A stretch of 63,960 nt of DNA, filler included, from Globobulimina sp. (GCA_003354225.1; 42 parts of 42 records of this genome joined end to end with filler, not necessarily neighbours in it), one strand, 5' to 3'. Positions 1-12,769 are shown, counted from the whole stretch's first letter. Numbers and translations are program-made. The notes: generated by a model from the sequence alone, not told the origin.

Positions 1-11
1 AAATAATAAAA

Positions 12-922
12 ATGCAAACAAAAGTAATGATTATTAAATCAAGAATCAATATATATACGGAATTTCATTATTTATGATGGATCAAACTATGATTAGTAAA
101 TATGAGAAATGTTTATCGTATGCCATTAGAAAATTGATTGGATTATATACCACAACAAAAGGATCCATTAAACATATTTTATGTGGAATTAACAGGTTTA
201 TTAATATGAATCATAAAGCTTTAATTAAATTATATCGCAAAATTGTAAATGGATGCGATAATTTATTACATAATATGGTCATTACTCAGAAAAGATTATT
301 AAAAAACAAACCGAATAAAGTCCGCAGTCATAGGAGATTGGTTGAAAAAAGAAGAATTAATAAGTTTGAAGTACAGGCTCAGCAGAAACATTATTATCAT
401 CAAATAATGGACGTATTACAAATACATAATATCAGATCAAAGGATATTATCTATTCGGAACCAAGAAAAGATAAAATCATTACAATAATTGATCAAAACA
501 CATTTTTCCGAGATATGCAAAGAGTGAAAGAAGAGCCAAATAATCTGTTATTTTATGTATTTAACATCGGTGACAATTGGCAAAAAATCAAGCCACATAC
601 AATGAGATATATTAAGATTTTGGATAAATTTATTTCAATATTTAGAATTATGTATGAAACAACAGTACAAATAATCCGTATGATATCAGGTAATCATAAA
701 ATTATTTGGGAACAAGAGCATAGATTAAATTGTATATTATGCCATCAACGATTACGGAATTATCATGTAATAAATCAAGAGTGTAATATGATAGAATATG
801 AAAATCAAATTAATTTTATGAATCAAATAAATATAACTAATCACGAACAACAGTGTTTTAATCGGTTGCAGAGAATTAATAATGTTATTAATACATTGAA
901 TCAACACAATATTTATATATAA
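12..922 (+). mobile_element. Probable 3' part of a decayed non-LTR retrotransposon (LINE) ORF2
   Basis: ORF 74-922 has a post-RT-like segment (YAIRKLIGLYTTT) and a C-terminal C-x2-C-x7-H-x5-C knuckle (CILCHQRLRNYHVINQEC). The upstream segment MQTKVMIIKSRINIYTEF is in another frame, implying a frameshift near 70. Confidence 0.4.
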
Positions 923-1427
923 ATCATTAAGAGTCTTAGTGTGATTTAATTTATGTCTGATTAAATCTGTGTGGTATTCTTTGTGGTGTCCTGTGTGAGT
1001 ATCTTCTGTGTGTTATTTTATTTTTGTTTTTGAAACAGTGTTATTTAAACTTGCTAGTCTTGTTTTAAAGACTATGTTAAATTCATCTAATCTAATCTAA
1101 TATCTGTACCAAATCAACCGTATTCTGATAATAGTGACGATGATTATGCGCATAATGTAAAAAAGACGCATTCATCACCAAACAAGATACCAGACAATCA
1201 CAACGCAAATAAATTACAAAAATGTGATGGTACATTAGAACAAGAAAGAAAAAAAATTGATGAATACAATAAATTAATTGATCACGCGAAAGGTAGGGCG
1301 CATGAATTGAAGCAACGAAGGGATGATTATCTACAAAAAATTAATGATTCACCCAACGAACAAAAAAACGATATATACGGTGCCAATGAGAATTATGATG
1401 AAAATGAATATGATGATTCAAATAATC

Positions 1428-1527
1428 NNNNNNNNNNNNNNNNNNNNNNNNNNNNNNNNNNNNNNNNNNNNTTAATTAATTAANNNNNNNNNNNNNNNNN
1501 NNNNNNNNNNNNNNNNNNNNNNNNNNN
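1428..1527. other. Artificial contig spacer (first of 41): 44 N + TTAATTAATTAA + 44 N
   Basis: The same 100-nt spacer recurs about every 1,525 bp. It has stops in all six frames, and the contigs between spacers shrink from 1427 to 1424 bp. Confidence 0.99.
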
Positions 1528-1670
1528 AGGTATAAATATACATAAAGAACAATACCTGAGCTCGGTAGGTGCTCTACTCATACGGTACTCAAACTGAACC
1601 AGGTTTTCAGCTTGCTCCATTTACTCAAAAGCCATTGTCAGATGAATATAATTTGCAAAAAACAGTTTAG

Positions 1671-2903
1671 TTATAACGGAACAGTAAAATCACGATAAGC
1701 AGCACTAGTACAGAGAGCTTGTTGTGACAATTTAGCTATTCTTTCTTTATCAGCTTTCAATTTGTTTTTTAATTCATTTTTATCAATGTATTCCATGTTA
1801 TCACTATCCATTTTATTTGGAAATGTAATTATTTTATTGCTTGAATACGTTTTACTTTCAAATGACAAATTATAATCATCATAATAACCCAATTGATTTG
1901 AAACAATTCTTGTTAACCATTTCCTTTTTTTATTATTATCATTTTTCTTATTTTTTATATCAGAAACTACCATAAAATCACAATTGTAATGAGTATGACC
2001 AAAACACCAAGCAATTACTGGATATTTAAATAATTTATCCACGGAACAAAAACTCGTTGCAAATGCAACGTCATTTATTCTGGTTGTTTCTGATACGGAT
2101 TTATATGAAGTGGGTGCATGATGCGTTAAAATAATTAATTTTTTCTTATCTTTTTTTGCTCGAATTATCTCTGACTTTATCCATTTTAATTGATCTGCAT
2201 GCAATGCATTTACATCATCAATATTTAATCTCCGTTTTATATTTTTCTTATTTTTTTGAATTTGCTCATTTTTATCCTCATCAAAAACGCCCATTAACTC
2301 ATCCAACATCAAGCTCTCTGCATCTTTTTCCTTCTTTTTGTGTTTATTAAAATCAATTTGCAATTTATGTTCATCAATTTCTATGTAATTAAAATCATTG
2401 ACACATAGTTGTGCTTCATATTGAATTTTTTGTGGGTAATTAACCCAAAGTGTTGTTCCTATAAATCGGATTTTTTCGGATAAATCAGGAAATTCAATGC
2501 ATTGTTTATGTAAAAAAAATACATTTTCACATTTATTTTCTATTTGTTTTAATATTGAATGAACAGTAAACATTTCATCTGTATAATATTCGTGGTTTCC
2601 ACAGATTATTAATATATATTTATATTTGTCAACTAATGAATGGATAAATTGTTTGTAAATATCCATTTTTGGATAAGCAATGTCACCCAATAACGCCAAT
2701 ATTGATGCTTTATTCTCTCCATTTAGAATGGAGGCCATTTTTTTGTAAACCCCATCAAATTCTAAATGAATGTCTGATATAATTTGAATTGAAATATCTT
2801 GTGTTTTTTCATCATAAATTTCATAATTCTCATCATCTGAATCCGAATCAGATTCATATTTATTCTTTTGATTTGGTGCAATTTGCTCGATTCTATTTAT
2901 CAT
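1671..2903 (-). CDS. Calcineurin-like metallophosphoesterase
   Basis: All five motifs in order: SDIHLE, LGDI, GNHE, THHAP, GHTH. Confidence 0.92.
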   Translation of the reverse strand: MINRIEQIAPNQKNKYESDSDSDDENYEIYDEKTQDISIQIISDIHLEFDGVYKKMASILNGENKASILALLGDIAYPKMDIYKQFIHSLVDKYKYILIICGNHEYYTDEMFTVHSILKQIENKCENVFFLHKQCIEFPDLSEKIRFIGTTLWVNYPQKIQYEAQLCVNDFNYIEIDEHKLQIDFNKHKKKEKDAESLMLDELMGVFDEDKNEQIQKNKKNIKRRLNIDDVNALHADQLKWIKSEIIRAKKDKKKLIILTHHAPTSYKSVSETTRINDVAFATSFCSVDKLFKYPVIAWCFGHTHYNCDFMVVSDIKNKKNDNNKKRKWLTRIVSNQLGYYDDYNLSFESKTYSSNKIITFPNKMDSDNMEYIDKNELKNKLKADKERIAKLSQQALCTSAAYRDFTVPL

Positions 2904-4798
2904 TTCTTGACATATTTTATTTATTTCTTGATGATCTGTATCAAATTGTGTAAANNNNNNNNNNNNNNNNNNNNNNNNNNNNNNNNNNNNNNNNNNNNTT
3001 AATTAATTAANNNNNNNNNNNNNNNNNNNNNNNNNNNNNNNNNNNNNNNNNNNNGAAGAAGTGATGCATTATGTTTTATGGGTTTTTTGGACGCTTTCTC
3101 ACACCGATTTTGAAGGAATGATTATAGATTTTGAAAGATGCATGAAAAAGAGAATTGACAGACGAGTTAGAGCAGTCGATATGTGGTTCAATAGTGAGTT
3201 TGTATAACAATAAAGGGCAAGTTAACTAAATAATTAAATTTTAGTGATGCAAAACATGAAGAGCTATTTGTTGGCAAGAGACGGTGATGGTCGGGAACGT
3301 TTTTATACCCTCGCTTGATCATTATGAACGTTTACTGTGCAGCAATATCGGCTGTACATTTTACTATACTAATACCGTATTATTGTCGGTTATGTTGTTA
3401 ATCTCATGCCAGTAATGTTGTATATGATCTGTTTTCCATAAAGTACAGTTGAAGTACTAGTAAACTTTTCATAGTAACCGTTTCCCTGTTTATGCCCAAC
3501 ACTTGTCAATAGTCAAGTACATGTATACTTTATAATACCTAATTCTCCTATACCACATTGTAACTGTATATATTGTCGATCAATTGTGATGCCGAACAAA
3601 GCTTTTGTAGTGCGTTGGAATGAACGATTGCATACGGCAAGTGTGGAGGAAAATAATTATCGTTTGAAGAGATTGTTCTTCTATCGTTGGCCAAAAATAC
3701 TAGCTATGAGACAGAGCGATGAAGTTTTCAAAAAGCAATTTAAGGATTATTTGATTGGTAAGTATTATAGGTAATTATTCGCTGCCACGTGTGGGCCAAG
3801 AAAGTCGTAGGTGGCGGGCCTGGTTTTTCGCTCGAGTACATGAATGAATTATGTGAAATGTTTAGAAAAGTTGATGAAACTTGCGATACAAGAACAGGAA
3901 CGCACTGACTTTGAAGCTATCATCTTATGGTTCTACAACAAAATGAAAATACGAACAGAGAGACGAACGCGCCATGTTGATTATTATTTGGCTGGTAAGT
4001 GATATTGTAAACTGGTCATGTTGTCTAGAAACATATGTTTTCAGTTGTGGCAACTTTAAAGTATTCTGTCCACAAGAAGTAGAGATGTCCACAAGAAGTA
4101 GACAAATTTTAACCTTTCAGTGAAACAGTCAACCTGTAGTCATTTGATAGGCATACATGTCGCAATTGTTTTTATAAAAATCGTATGTCTTATGGTCGTG
4201 TTACATGTGTGTTACATGTTTAAATAAACGTTAACTTGACGCAATCGTTGATGAATGAAAACCAGTCGTTAGAAATCGATTAAATTCATGTCTGTAAATC
4301 TTTATAACAGGTTTTTATCGTAAATGTTATGTTTATTGGTTACAAATTGCAAGATGGTTTTAAGTGAAGACAAGATGCCTTTTTTGCCCATGGATGAGAC
4401 TCGTTTGACCGAAAAAGACATACATTATGTAGAAAAACGACTATGGGGAGTGTTCATGTAAAAAAATATGTTGACGACTAGNNNNNNNNNNNNNNNNNNN
4501 NNNNNNNNNNNNNNNNNNNNNNNNNTTAATTAATTAANNNNNNNNNNNNNNNNNNNNNNNNNNNNNNNNNNNNNNNNNNNNACGCATGATTAAATATGAA
4601 ATGTTAATTATAAGGCATATTGTTTATTATGGTTGCGAGTATGTTTTTTTAGAAATCGAAGCGATTAATTAGAGTTTTCGTTTTTAACATTATATGAAAA
4701 ACCTTAAAAATATTCACTAAGAATCCAATGAATTCACTAGATGGGCAGCTCTTTTAACATTATATTTTTAACCTGTTTTCCTTCCCAATTTATCCATT

Positions 4799-6007
4799 TT
4801 GAGATGGAACTGTGCTGATTTTAATTATCATTGGCAACAAATGCGTAAATCCCATGATAGGCCGGTTTTGGTGCTTCAGGATCTATCCATGGAAACAGTG
4901 CAGAATATGGGATTTGGTGAAGGTATAAGTCAGCAGCAATCTGAAAATGAGCTGCAGTCTAAAAATGATGATGCCCCATACAGACCATATAAACGAAGAA
5001 AACAGAATCGTTCCGATTATAAATATCGTCCAAGGTATGATAATGACAGACGGCGAAGGAATAATGAACGAGATGAGAGACAAATCGAGGAACGATGCGA
5101 CAGAGCATATGGCTCGGGAGCAATAGAAAGAGGGAGTAACGGCGAAACGCAACGTCGTCCAAAACCAGATATGTATGTAAATAAACATGGAACCACATGC
5201 ATCAATGATAAATATTTTGGAATGCAGGCATGCCGTTTCTTTAGCAAATCGTAGCTGAAATGTAGCAATAAATTCAATTTTCGTCGGTGTTATTATCCAC
5301 ATTATTGTGAAACCTGTGGCATAGCAAACAGGCATACAGCAGAAAATTATCCAAATGCACAGGAAAGGCATTTTGGAGGCATTTTTAGGATATCGATATG
5401 ATTGCATAAACAAATTATTGTGCGTGATAATATTAACATATTCATATTTAGTCGCTCTCTGTCATTGTGATCAGCTTTGTGGCATATTGTTGATGTGTAT
5501 GAGTGATATTGTCTGTATTAGGATATGTCGATATTTGTGGATATGATATGTTGTGAATATGATAGTTATTATTGATATGCAATAAATAAAATAAATCAAT
5601 GCTTTAGCGATGTAATGCTGTGATATTGTAACCATAATCGATTATGAGTCGTTGCCACATGACATTTTGTTCAAAATGTCATGCATTGTAGCTGCATTGT
5701 CATTGATATGTTGTGATTAATATAGATTGACTCGATTTGTCTCAAACTCACGAAGCAATTGTTGTTGTCTTCAAAGACTTTAATTTAAGTTTGTGTTAAA
5801 TTGGTAAAAACTAAATACCCCTAAATACCCCTGAAACCGGTTATGACCCAGGTGGCAGAGTGGCAAAACTTGCAATTGCCAAAGAATTAACTAATGATAT
5901 ATGTAAAGGTAAAATTGTTGGTTGGTTAGCCGATCCAAATGGATTTGTACCGTTATTTATCAGGCCCAAGGAAATTGATCCAGTGAAGGGAGAGGTTTTC
6001 CAATGGC
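4799..6007 (+). mobile_element. Decayed DIRS/Ngaro-type retrotransposon fragment: gag-end zinc finger plus start of RT
   Basis: Reading through TAG 5252-5254 gives CRFFSKS*LKCSNKFNFRRCYYPHYCETCGIANRHTAENYP (CCCH-CCHC-type finger, last Cys to Tyr). 5860-6007 encodes ELTNDICKGKIVGW..PNGFVPLFIRPKE..W, resembling the RT N-terminus of YR retrotransposons. Confidence 0.6.
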
Positions 6008-6107
6008 NNNNNNNNNNNNNNNNNNNNNNNNNNNNNNNNNNNNNNNNNNNNTTAATTAATTAANNNNNNNNNNNNNNNNNNNNNNNNNNNNNNNNNNNNN
6101 NNNNNNN

Positions 6108-6596
6108 TCGGCAATTAATAAGTTATCGTATGATACATTAACATTGATCCATGAGTTGGGTGGTCCAGATGCCACAAATCAAGAACTAACAGAAGCTATG
6201 AAACAATTGAATTTTGTAAGCAAACATGCTGGAAAATATGGGAAATGGACTGATGAAGCTTTGTTAGCAAAAGCTGTGATGGGGAATGGTAAAATTATTA
6301 CATCCAATAATCCATTGCCGTGGATGTGCAGTTGTTTCTGTGCCAAAGCATTTGCTGCGATGATAGTTCAGATTGAAGGAGAAACGAAAAAGGAAAGTTT
6401 TAATGCTTCGGACGAATCTACAAATGGTGACTATCTTTTGTGGTGTACTAAATCTAGAGTTCAACCATTATATAATGAGCATTTAGCAAAAGCAAATTGG
6501 GAGAAATTGAATAAAGTTGGCACTGACTGGTTGCAGCATTGCCATATTAATCAAGAACAGGATTATCTACCATTTGTCAAGAAACTCTCTTGTTGA
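6108..6596 (+). CDS. Hypothetical protein, 3' partial
   Basis: Open frame from the contig start; no motif recognised. Confidence 0.45.
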   Translation, partial: SAINKLSYDTLTLIHELGGPDATNQELTEAMKQLNFVSKHAGKYGKWTDEALLAKAVMGNGKIITSNNPLPWMCSCFCAKAFAAMIVQIEGETKKESFNASDESTNGDYLLWCTKSRVQPLYNEHLAKANWEKLNKVGTDWLQHCHINQEQDYLPFVKKLSC

Positions 6597-6841
6597 TATA
6601 TCCTATACTAATACTATCCATGTACTTAGATTTTAATTAAAATTATACTTTAAAATACAGCTAAAATATAAAAACAAACAAAGAAAGCACAATATGACTT
6701 TATTTTCACTGCTTTCCAATGGATACATCAATAAACCTAATATTTCAGAGCGAAAATCAGCATAAACTAAATTATACATATTTACAATAATATTTTTTTT
6801 ATTTTTTAACTGAAAAAACTGTAATGCGTTAAAGCAAAATG

Positions 6842-7255
6842 CTAGAAACCGCAATGTGCATATTCCGCAATAATAGAGACAACGGGCTTAGTCAAACACA
6901 GAGTTGATAATTGAGTCATGGCTTTTTCTATTTGTAATTTTGTTACTTTTTTACCGCAATATAATATTTTTCCAATAGCAACAATATAACTTTTATTATC
7001 TTTTATAACAATCCATCCTAAATATGGATAATTGTCCTCCTCATAACTCATTAAAACAATTTGTGTATCGATCACATCAAAACCAACAATTACCTTTTCG
7101 CCAGAATGTAAATGTGTAAAATCACTGGAAATTAAACTTGTTTTCTTTCTTTTTATCTCCATACAATGGATATCGTTCCATGATTTATCAAAACAATGCA
7201 TTAAATTGGCTCGAAAATGTGTACAATGCGAATAACACATAAATTGATAACCCAT
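6842..7255 (-). CDS. Divergent EF-1alpha/eRF3/HBS1 domain III-like C-terminal fragment
   Basis: GYQFMCYSHC...LHSGEKVIV...YPYLGWIVIKDNKSYIVAIGKI parallels the EF1A domain III pattern (GY.P..dcH...L..Gd...V...yppLGRf..rD....vAvG.I). Confidence 0.6.
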   Translation of the reverse strand: MGYQFMCYSHCTHFRANLMHCFDKSWNDIHCMEIKRKKTSLISSDFTHLHSGEKVIVGFDVIDTQIVLMSYEEDNYPYLGWIVIKDNKSYIVAIGKILYCGKKVTKLQIEKAMTQLSTLCLTKPVVSIIAEYAHCGF

Positions 7256-7886
7256 TTTTAAATCATACGGTGCTTATTTTTATATCACTTATTTTTGCTG
7301 CAATACATGGCCTTTATATGCCTATTTATGATTTCTTTAAAATATTACATTGAATATAGACTTGTAACTGTAAGCATATTGTATGGATGCACACGGATTT
7401 GCATATTTAATTTCACATTTTCTAATCCCTTATCTTTTGCATTCATATTTAAAACACATAAATATGAATGTTTAACCCATTTACATTTAATTAATAGATC
7501 TCCAAACACATATTTATTGATTGCATATATATCNNNNNNNNNNNNNNNNNNNNNNNNNNNNNNNNNNNNNNNNNNNNTTAATTAATTAANNNNNNNNNNN
7601 NNNNNNNNNNNNNNNNNNNNNNNNNNNNNNNNNATAGAAAAATGTGATGATGGGATTTGAACCCAAATCTTCTTTAATAAGACGCTCCCATTGAGCTATC
7701 ATCACAATTCGATGCGGCGGCTTCGCCGCCATAAATACCATAATCAATACATTCGAAACGAAAAAGTTGAACATGAATAATATACTAATATACAGAATTG
7801 TTAATACTTGCGTATTTCCGTGTGGTATCGACAAAAAAAACACACATAAAATTTAAAATTAAAAATATAATAGTAATTACATAAAA

Positions 7887-8523
7887 TTATTTATTTAAAC
7901 AATTATTTTCCTCATCAGTGGTTGCCACCATCTGTACTTTTGCATATCGAACATTTTTACGTCTTGATTTACAACAATTTACATACGACATAAATAATAT
8001 ATTCACGCACAATAATGCCCCCACAAAACCACCTACGACATACAATACATTTTGTGAAATAAAGACGGTTTCTCCATCATATCCCAAGCCATAATCTTGT
8101 GGTGCTGCTACACTTAATGCCGGATAACCGCAACCCACATAATTAACTTTGCCCGTATTACAATAGCCAAGAGGCAGATCCACAATAAATTGTAGCATCC
8201 TCGCAACTCGTTTCCTGTTTACATTTTAAACTACAGACACCAGAACCACACCAGATCTCCGTATTACCTTTACACGAATCTTTGTTCGTACATTTTATGG
8301 TCACATCGGTGGCTGCTCTTCCATCGAGATTGGTATTGCCAGAACAGGCGGATTCTCCTTTACATTGTATTTCGCAGCGACCGTCACCTTTGCCATGGCA
8401 TGTTCTTGTTAAGTCTTTGCAGGCATCTTCGAAATTACACGGAATTGTCTGAAGTGCTGCGGTTTGAGGAAACCACATTGTTACACATAATATTACTATA
8501 CATGATACATAAATATTTTTCAT
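7887..8523 (-). CDS. Cys-rich type I membrane/surface protein with one frameshift near 8165
   Basis: Signal peptide from ATG 8523 and repeated C-x5-C units. The TM helix and basic tail lie in a second frame (ORF 7887-8198). Confidence 0.65.
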
Positions 8524-8726
8524 TTTTTGATATGTTTCCTTGAGGGATTGTGCTTGGGTTTTTTTGGTTGTTTGTGATAATGGCAACTGCTTTGATTGAT
8601 TGTAGGACATACAAGTTAATATCTGGTTGGAGTCGCACACATTTTGATAACATAAACTCAGATTGTTTTGTGCCATCATCGGTGAAACTATTACTTGATC
8701 AATTCCTTGGAATATATTATTTTGCA

Positions 8727-9059
8727 ATGAAAGTGGACGAAACAGTGAAAGCAATATTTATGGAGAGCATGGTGTTGGTAAAACATCAGTTATCCACCGA
8801 TTTCGATTTGTGGCACTGTTTTGTTCTCAACAGTTTTTGGTGAAAACATTCGATATTGAGCCATATAACAAAATTAAATTCGAAATGTGGGACACAGCGG
8901 GAAGAGAAATATATCGATTGGCACCGTTTTATTGGAGAGGTGACATGGTTGTATCCATTGTATTTGGTTTAACAGATAAAGTAACTTAACATATAATCTA
9001 TTCTAGCAAAAGATTGGTTGGATGAATGTATTCAAATGCCATTGCATGAAAACGTTATT
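8727..9059 (+). pseudogene. Rab5-like small GTPase pseudogene (missed by the ORF track)
   Basis: Frame from 8762 reads GEHGVGKTSVIHRF...FLVKTF...KIKFEMWDTAGREIYRLAPFYWRG. ATG 8727 is out of frame, switch I is shortened, and there is a stop after DKVT. Confidence 0.75.
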
Positions 9060-9163
9060 NNNNNNNNNNNNNNNNNNNNNNNNNNNNNNNNNNNNNNNNN
9101 NNNTTAATTAATTAANNNNNNNNNNNNNNNNNNNNNNNNNNNNNNNNNNNNNNNNNNNNGAAA

Positions 9164-9358
9164 GATGACTAGCTCGAGCTCACTTCAAGAAAATCTTATT
9201 TTCAGGGTTCTCACCTCATAGACGATAAATTTTTACCTTTATTGCATAGATTTGTCTATTCTTTCATATGCTAGGATCCTGGAAAAATGTATCCTTGCAC
9301 TGTCGTCTATGAGGTGAGAACGCTGATATTAAGATTTTCTTGAAGTGAGCTAGTCATC
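9164..9358. mobile_element. MITE-like element with about 58-bp terminal inverted repeats
   Basis: GATGACTAGCTC..ACTTCAAGAAAATCTTA..TCAG.GTTCTCACCTCATAGACGA at 9164-9226 is inverted at 9301-9358, around a non-coding core. Confidence 0.75.
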
Positions 9359-9416
9359 GTTGAACAAGTATTGGTAAAAAAGCCTAAATGGTAACAACAA
9401 AAAAAGTGTATTATTA

Positions 9417-10585
9417 TTATTGCATCATATTTACATTTAAAGGCGAAAAATTGACTCTTGAGAAATGATAAACTCTCCATAATTTCCTAAACATAAAATC
9501 ATGAATTCCAATATTCTCACTCACATATTCGAATAACCATTTTATTCCAGCCGTACAATCTAAATATTGAACATTTATCATATCATTATCAGCATAACAA
9601 TCATTAATAATTTTTTTAAATGAGGAATGTACTCCGTTTTGTGTGGTAAGAACCACCACATTTAATTGTTTTGTCCTTTTTTGGGTTGCATCAATTTTCC
9701 AATATTTTGCAATATTTTCAAGATAACTTCGTGTGTCATATCTTAAATTTTGCCAAACTAAACCAGCTAAAGTAATGGCCACAGTATCTAACAATGGACA
9801 ATGTACTATAAACTGAGCGATAAACTGTATTGGCATCTTATTTATCTTTGGATTTAACTCAATATACAACATCTTCAATCTCTTTAATTCACAAATATTC
9901 TCAACTTTAATCGTCTGCGCTGCAGAAATCTCAAAAGCAAATCCAAATTTAATACATTGCACAGAGGTTGGAAACAAGACATTATACACTTTATCATTCT
10001 CCTTATTCTCCTCTTTTTCATCACTATCCGGGGCCCGGCGTATTGTGGTCGCTTTTAACTTGGAACAAAAACAGGATAAATCAATATAAATTATATTGTT
10101 TAATGCTTGCAACGTATCATAAAATAAATCAATATATGTTTCCTTTCTTTTTAATGCATTTTCCTTATGACATCCATGCAATATTAAAAACCTTAAATTA
10201 TGCAAAACATTTAAGTTTGGAATAAAATGCTGGATCAAATATTTCTGTTTTGTATTATCTCCAATATGGAAACCAATATCTAATCCATACACATTTGCAA
10301 TGTTTTTATTATTTATATTATATTTCTGAATGATTGACAAAGCATTACATAATCTATTTTGGTCATTGTTTGGTTGCGGTGAGGATCTGTTTGTTAATCT
10401 CAATAATTTGACCGTATTATTTAACGACAACATGGTCGATGGATTAACATTCATTGAATCCATAAATTGTGCAAATTCATTGACACTTTCACAGAACGCT
10501 GAAAATATATTGCCATTATTCCAATTTCTATATAGCCAGTTTCGAAAATAATAATTATTATTGTCATCATAATATTTGTTATATC
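9417..10585 (-). CDS. LRR-like (F-box/LRR-type) protein, partial
   Basis: Long ORF with repeated LxxLxL segments (LHNLRFLILHGC, LKRLKMLYI, CPLLDTVAI). Confidence 0.55.
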
Positions 10586-10685
10586 NNNNNNNNNNNNNNN
10601 NNNNNNNNNNNNNNNNNNNNNNNNNNNNNTTAATTAATTAANNNNNNNNNNNNNNNNNNNNNNNNNNNNNNNNNNNNNNNNNNNN

Positions 10686-11903
10686 ATCTACGATTTTCTG
10701 ACAGATATGCAAGTTGTTGTTGCATGGTTTGATTTGACTTCAATATGTCCTCAATTTAAATGTGATTTGGCTTCATCTGCTGGCGTTTGGGCTGTATTTT
10801 TATTGATTTTATCCATTATTGGGTTCATCACAGCACTTTTACTTAAATACTTGGATGCAAAGTATGTGATTCTTTTAGTTTCAAAACACAATTTTGTTGT
10901 TGATTCAAACACAATTTTGTTATTTGCTTAGTTGTTTGATTGTTATTTGTTACAAATAAATCTGTTTCAATCAAATTAGTTTCTGCGAGTTTCTCTGAGT
11001 TTACACGTGGATGAAATTCAAAACGGTTAAATTCTACGGATCGAAATGAAATATTTGTATACATGATCTAGCTATATCTACCTACATCTACCTATAGCTA
11101 ATTCATACGTATATAATATAAATAGAACATTATTTGTGTTGTATAAATTTCCAATGTCAGCAGAAGATGTTTTGAATCATGAATTGGTTTATCTCAAAAA
11201 GTTCATGTTTTGGGGATGGGCCCCGTTGGTGGTAGAAGATGCAGCCTCCATTTATTGCATATTGATGGTATGGTTTAGTACAGGGCAAAATATTATCGGT
11301 TTATCCAGAAAATACGCGATTTCTGTGACCGTTTCAATATTGAGTGTATGTGTAAGTTTGGTTCTGTCCTGTCGTAAAAATAAAAAACTGCGACAAAATG
11401 AAGCTTTTCAATGTGCGAGAATATGTTATTGTTGCTGGAGTGGCTGTGCAGGCTGCTGTGTATCCATGATGGCGATGATGACGTGCTTTGTAGCTTTATT
11501 TGCGACAAAACCCACTCCATTCATTGATATTTCTAATGATGGCTGGTGTGAAGTGTGGGATGAAAGTCATTCTGAGTGGCGGTGGCCATTGCGGGCCGAA
11601 TTAACAGATGCTCCCAATATGATTTATAATGGCTCGGAGTTGTTTGAACATACTGCCAATTACGGATCTTATTATGATATCGCGTGGTATGATAATTGGA
11701 CATTTACTTGTTTAGAGGATTCAAGAGATATGATTTTGAATTGTGAGATACAATGGATCTATTTAAATCAGACTGAGTCGTGTGAATTTAATATTGAATC
11801 GGGATTTTGTGGGGATTTGACAATTCAATGTGAAAATAATTTTACTTTTTATGATGGAAATCCCAAAATGTTTGCATGCATCGACTATTGCTCTTTGGAT
11901 TGA
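10686..11903 (+). CDS. Multi-pass membrane protein with Cys-rich C-terminal domain, probably two exons
   Basis: Hydrophobic ORF segments at 10707-10860 and 11136-11903, separated by an AT-rich GT..AG interval. Confidence 0.55.
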
Positions 11904-12211
11904 TATTGTATAATTGTATAATCTACGAGTGCTTCGACTGACTATTGCGTTTAGTTGTATAATATTAATTAAATTACGTTTAGTTTTTGTACATACTTTA
12001 GAATATGACCTGTTTAAAACACATTGTTTTTAAAATCCGCAAATTCGCAAGTCGTTTTGTTAGGAGATGGTGATGACCTCTCCATAGGTTTTAAAATTTT
12101 TCTAAAACGCANNNNNNNNNNNNNNNNNNNNNNNNNNNNNNNNNNNNNNNNNNNNTTAATTAATTAANNNNNNNNNNNNNNNNNNNNNNNNNNNNNNNNN
12201 NNNNNNNNNNN

Positions 12212-12688
12212 TTAATGTCATTTTTTGTATACAAATTGCATGCTGTTTCTTTGCAAACTGTGTCCATGAATGATGCTAATGATAAAGGTCAAATTGACGT
12301 AAATCAAAAGAAATTAATCAAAACAATCACAAAATATCTCACTGTTTCATGTGTTGCGTTTGCAACGACTGTGATTACAATTATTGTTGCGACGATTGCT
12401 GGTAAGTTTGGAAGAGAGGAAGGAATTATGGCAATAATATATATTCCAATGTTCCAAATGGAGTACATGACAAATGCTGTTTGCTTTTATATGACATTTG
12501 CATTTGCAAACAGAGATTATTATCGTTTGTGTTCACATTTGGATGGGATTATTTCAAAATGTGTTGTCAAGAATACAAAGAAATCAATGCATCATCAAAC
12601 TGCGATGACAATGAGAGTCCCATCATTTACAATTGCAAACTCAAATGACGCGGAATCGCAGATAGATTACAGACTCATGACAGACTGA
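12212..12688 (+). CDS. C-terminal part of a 7TM-like membrane protein
   Basis: Two TM helices followed by NAVCFYMTFAFANRDYYRLCSHLD; similar layout to the protein at 41367-42296. Confidence 0.55.
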   Translation, partial: LMSFFVYKLHAVSLQTVSMNDANDKGQIDVNQKKLIKTITKYLTVSCVAFATTVITIIVATIAGKFGREEGIMAIIYIPMFQMEYMTNAVCFYMTFAFANRDYYRLCSHLDGIISKCVVKNTKKSMHHQTAMTMRVPSFTIANSNDAESQIDYRLMTD

Positions 12689-12769
12689 GTAATAATAAAT
12701 TGTTATTTGATTGTTATTTGTTGATTAATTAAAATTGTTGTCTCACTCCACTAAGTTTTCAGTTTTTCA

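Noticed and set aside
1472-1483. TTAATTAATTAA recurring every 1.5 kb as a possible repeat array
   Set aside because: It is always embedded in N runs, so it is an artificial all-frame-stop linker. ORFs ending in X...LIN or X...N are artefacts of it.
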